Source: Ranitomeya imitator (taxonomy: Eukaryota). Taken from it: 64,000 nt of DNA. Positions within the stretch are counted from its first letter, which is position 1. Each line of letters starts with the position of its first letter. The stretch lies in assembly GCF_032444005.1 (NCBI RefSeq), contig NC_091284.1, forward strand, positions 792,360,001 through 792,424,000. Direction: 5' to 3'. Below, piece after piece: positions 60,834 through 64,000 of this stretch. The notes beneath the pieces were generated by a model that had not been told where the DNA came from, did no database searches, and saw only the letters and a program-made list of their open reading frames with translations. The position numbers were made by a program, and so were the translations under genes.

Positions 60834-61030
60834 CCCTACCCTCTCCTAGTGTTTCATCACCCATCCCCTGCAGACTGTGAGCCCTCGCGGGCAGGGTCCT
60901 CCCTCCTTATGTACCCGTGTGCCTGTTATCTGCTCATGTTTAATGTATTTGTCTATATTTGCCTCGTATTCACATGTAAAGCACCATGGAATATATGGCG
61001 CTATAAAAATGTAAAATAATAATAATAATA
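60834..61030 (+). mobile_element. L2 3'-UTR-only insertion in the Tc1 transposase
   Basis: TGTGAGCCCTCGCGGGCAGGGTCCT motif shared with the L2 at 15418, an (AAT)n tail, and AACTG duplicated at 60829-60833 and 61031-61035. Confidence 0.85.
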
Positions 61031-61585
61031 AACTGTACCTGTGTTCTTCCATTTCCTTACTATGTTCCTCACAGTGGAAATTGACAGGTTAAATCTCTGA
61101 GACAGCTTTTTGTATCCTTCCCCTGAACAACTATGTTGAATAATCTTTGTTTTCAGATCATTAGACAGTTGTTTTGAGGAGCCCATGATGCCACTCTTCA
61201 GAGGAGATTCAAACAGGAGAACAACTTGCAAGTGGCTACTTTAAGTAGCTTTTCTCATGATTGCATACACCTGGCTATGAAGTTCAAAGCTCAATGAGGT
61301 TAGAAAATAAAAAAAAGTGCTTTAGTAAGTCAGTAAAAAGTAGGTAGGAGTATTTAAAAGAAGAAAATGATAAGGGTGCCCATACTTATGCACCTGTCAA
61401 ATTTTGTTTTAATGCAGATTGCACATTTTCTGTTAGAACAATAAACCTCATTTCAAGGCAGAAACATTACTGTGTCCAACAGTTATTAGATATATGAAAC
61501 TGAAATAGCTGTTGCAAAAAATCCAATTTTTATAAATCATTAAGCTTAAGATTAATAGGGGTGCCCAAACTTTTTCATATAACTG

Positions 61586-62785
61586 TAGAAGACGAGAGAT
61601 TGGTAGGTTAGGCAGGGAATCCCAGAGACCAAAGGCATCCTCATAGCCAGGGTCTATTAGCCATGGGATAATTTTTATTGGGATGCTGTCCAGAAATAGA
61701 CAATGAGGAAACTTATTTGGAATAAGGGAGCATCTGATGGCTAAAGTATTAAAAGTTATTGCATCAAGCATGTGAGGAGAGGGGGCAAGAGAGGACCAAA
61801 GATAAATCTCTGCATTTTTTCCCAACAGGTTAAACTCTAGGTTAGAGTCCTTATTATCTGTGATAGTTTTGACCAAATTTAATAAGGGGGCAAGATGAAT
61901 TGCGTGATAGTATACTTTAAAGTCAAGGAGGCCGAGTCCCCCGACACCTTTCGGTATGGAAATAATTTTAAAAGGAAGTCTAGCTCTTTTAGTTTTCCAA
62001 ACTAAATTTGTGACCAGTTGGTTTATGGTGAGGAAAAAAGAATTGGTGAGAGGTACAGGGACCATATTCATGATGTAGAAAATTTTTGGAAAGATATAGG
62101 ATTTAATTACATTGGTCCTTCCTATCCGGGATAAATACGGAAGATCGTATGATTTGAGTAAAGTTTGTAACTTATCCAACAGAGGCAAGAAATGATGTTT
62201 ATAAAGGGAGGAGGGGTCTGCAGTTAAGTAGATCCCAAGGTATTATAATTTCTCAGGAGGCCATTTAGAAGTGGTTTCTTGTTTATGTGTCGAGACCTCA
62301 GCATCAGTTGCCGATACGGTCAAGACTTCCCACTTGCTAATATTTATTTTTAAATTAGAAACAGTTGCAAATTCGTCGAAGAGACCTAAGAGTTTTGGAT
62401 AAGCCATTTTGGGGTTCGAAGTCAGAAGCAGGAGGTCATCAGCAAAGGCCGCTGTCTTGATTTCTAGATGACCGACAACTAAACCTTTGATGTCTATGTC
62501 TTGTCTAATATTCTGTATCAGGGTTTCCATTACCAATCCAAAAAGGGAAGGGGAAAGAGGACAGCCCTGCCTGATGCCATTCCTAATCACAAAAGGGTCA
62601 GAAAAAATTCCATTCCCCAAGCACCTCGCATAAGAGACAGTGTGGGGAATTTTGGTGGAATTGTGCTTGCCTTCAATTCCTTTAACAAAACCAACTTGAT
62701 CAGGGTGGATTAACCTCTCCAAGACACTATTAATTCTACAGGCCAGAATCTTTACCCACAGTTTTAAGTCGGTGTTAACTAGAGA
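61586..62785 (-). mobile_element. L1/Tx1 ORF2 RT and thumb fragment
   Basis: LIHPDQVGF, GIRQGCPLSPSLF, FADD, NLKIN..K, GR.NVIK..IFPK, P..VGGLG..DF..YY.A; an internal deletion follows the QVGF motif. Confidence 0.9.
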
Positions 62786-62786
62786 G

Positions 62787-64000
62787 ATGGAATCATAGAA
62801 TGATAGAGTTGGAAGGCACCTCCTGGGTCATCTGGTCCAACCCCCTGCTCAAAGCAGGATTCACTAAATCATCCCAGACAGATGTCTGTCCAGCCTCTGT
62901 GTGAACACTTCCATGAAAGGAGAACTCACCACCTCTTGTGGCAGCCTGTTCCACTCAATGATCACCCAAACTGTCTAAAAGTTTTTTCAATATCTAATCT
63001 GTGTCTCCTCCCATTCAGTTTCATCCCATTGCTTCTAGTCTTTCCTTGTGCAAATGAGAATAAAGATGATTCTTCTATGTTGTGACAGCCCTTGAGATAT
63101 TTGTAGACAGCTATTAAGTCTCCTCTCATTCTTCTTTTTTGCAAGCTAAACATTTCCAAATCCTGCAACCGTTCCTCATAGGACATGGTTTGCAGACCAG
63201 TCACCATTCTGGTCACTATTCTCTGAACTTGCTCCAGTTTCTTGATGTCTTTTTTAAAATGTGGTGCCCAAAATTGGACACTGTATTCCAGGTGAGGTCT
63301 GACCAAAGAGAAGTAGAGGGCAATAATGACTTCGTGTGATCTAAACTGTGTGCTTCTGTTAATACATGCCAGAATTGCATTTGCCTTTTTTGCTGCTGCA
63401 TCACACTGTTGACTCATGGTCAGTTTATTATGATCTATTAGTATACCAAGTCTTTTTCACATGTGCTGTTGCTTAGCCCTATGCCTCCCATTCTGTAAAT
63501 GTTTTTTTTTTCATTTTTATTGCCCAGATGTAGTACTTAGCATTTTTCCTTGTTAAAAACCATTCTGTTAGTTGCTGCCCACTGCTCCAGTTTATTTATA
63601 TCTTTTTGAATTCTCTCTCTCTTTCTCTAGTATTAGCTATCCCTCCGAGCTTTGTGTCATCAGCAAATTTAATTAGCGTACCCTCAATTTCTTCACCTAA
63701 ATCATTGATAAAGATGTTGAAAAATACAGGGCCCAAGACAGAACCATGTGGTACCCCACTTGAGACATTGTTCCAACTGGATGTGCAGCCATTTACGACC
63801 ACTCTTTGGGTCCGATCACTATTATTATTATTATTATTATTTATTATTATCACTAATTATTATCACTATTATCACTATTTATTATTATCACTAAGACAGT
63901 TATGAATCCACCTAACAGTTGCCTTGTCCATTCCAAACGTAGTCATTTTTTTCAATACGAATGGTGTGAAATACTTTGTTAAATGCTTTGCTGAAGTCAA
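62787..64000 (-). mobile_element. CR1 LINE (second subfamily, ATTCTATG-type tail), running off the window
   Basis: [48 protein letters not shown]; minus-strand tail CTCTATCATTCTATGATTCCAT. Confidence 0.92.
63815..63893. repeat. Compound (ATT)n / ATCACTA microsatellite inside the CR1 RT
   Basis: ATCACTA occurs five times, separated by ATT runs, interrupting WIHNCLSD|RTQRVV. Confidence 0.9.

Larger units (their letters stand above)
52909..61585 (-). mobile_element. Tc1 element (TIRs about 212 bp) interrupted by chromovirus C and an L2 tail
   Basis: TA|CAGTTATATGAAAAAGTTTGGGCACCC ... GGGTGCCCAAACTTTTTCATATAACTG|TA. Transposase N-terminus MGSSKQLSNDLK.. (61186-61036) and catalytic part [26 protein letters not shown] (53947-53140). 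Confidence 0.95.

Overview
This is eukaryotic, repeat-saturated, non-coding vertebrate DNA. The repeat families (TTAA/AGG T2-Kolobok-type MITEs, TAA Harbinger-type MITEs, Tc1, CR1, L2, L1/Tx1, Penelope, chromodomain Gypsy) point to an anuran amphibian; that is an inference. I could not support any host protein-coding exon, rRNA, tRNA or CRISPR array. Bases 1-31.9 kb are AT-rich intron- or intergenic-like sequence carrying a broken CR1 (holding a Tc1, a Helitron-like element and a retroposed tail), L2 tails, two further Tc1 relics and many palindromic MITEs. Bases 31.9-64 kb are almost entirely nested transposons: an L1 with MITEs and a solo LTR; a Penelope element split by full-length chromovirus A, which itself holds a solo LTR; a piggyBac-like array next to a 181-N gap; and L1 > Tc1 > chromovirus C > CR1. 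All autonomous elements appear inactivated. Best leads: (1) about 505-bp inverted arms in which a Tc1 TIR is extended by an inverted copy of 293 bp of flanking L1; (2) a tRNA-independent, Tf1-like self-priming signature in both chromovirus families; (3) a TACTCACC..palindrome..GGTGAGTA cassette with AATAAA tracts shared by unrelated non-autonomous elements; (4) repeated splice-acceptor motifs in the L1 inter-ORF spacer, the last 26 nt before the ORF2 ATG; (5) Penelope hammerhead relics; (6) an in-frame Gypsy integrase-CR1 chimeric ORF. None of these is demonstrated to be a new biological system. All mismatch counts are by eye.
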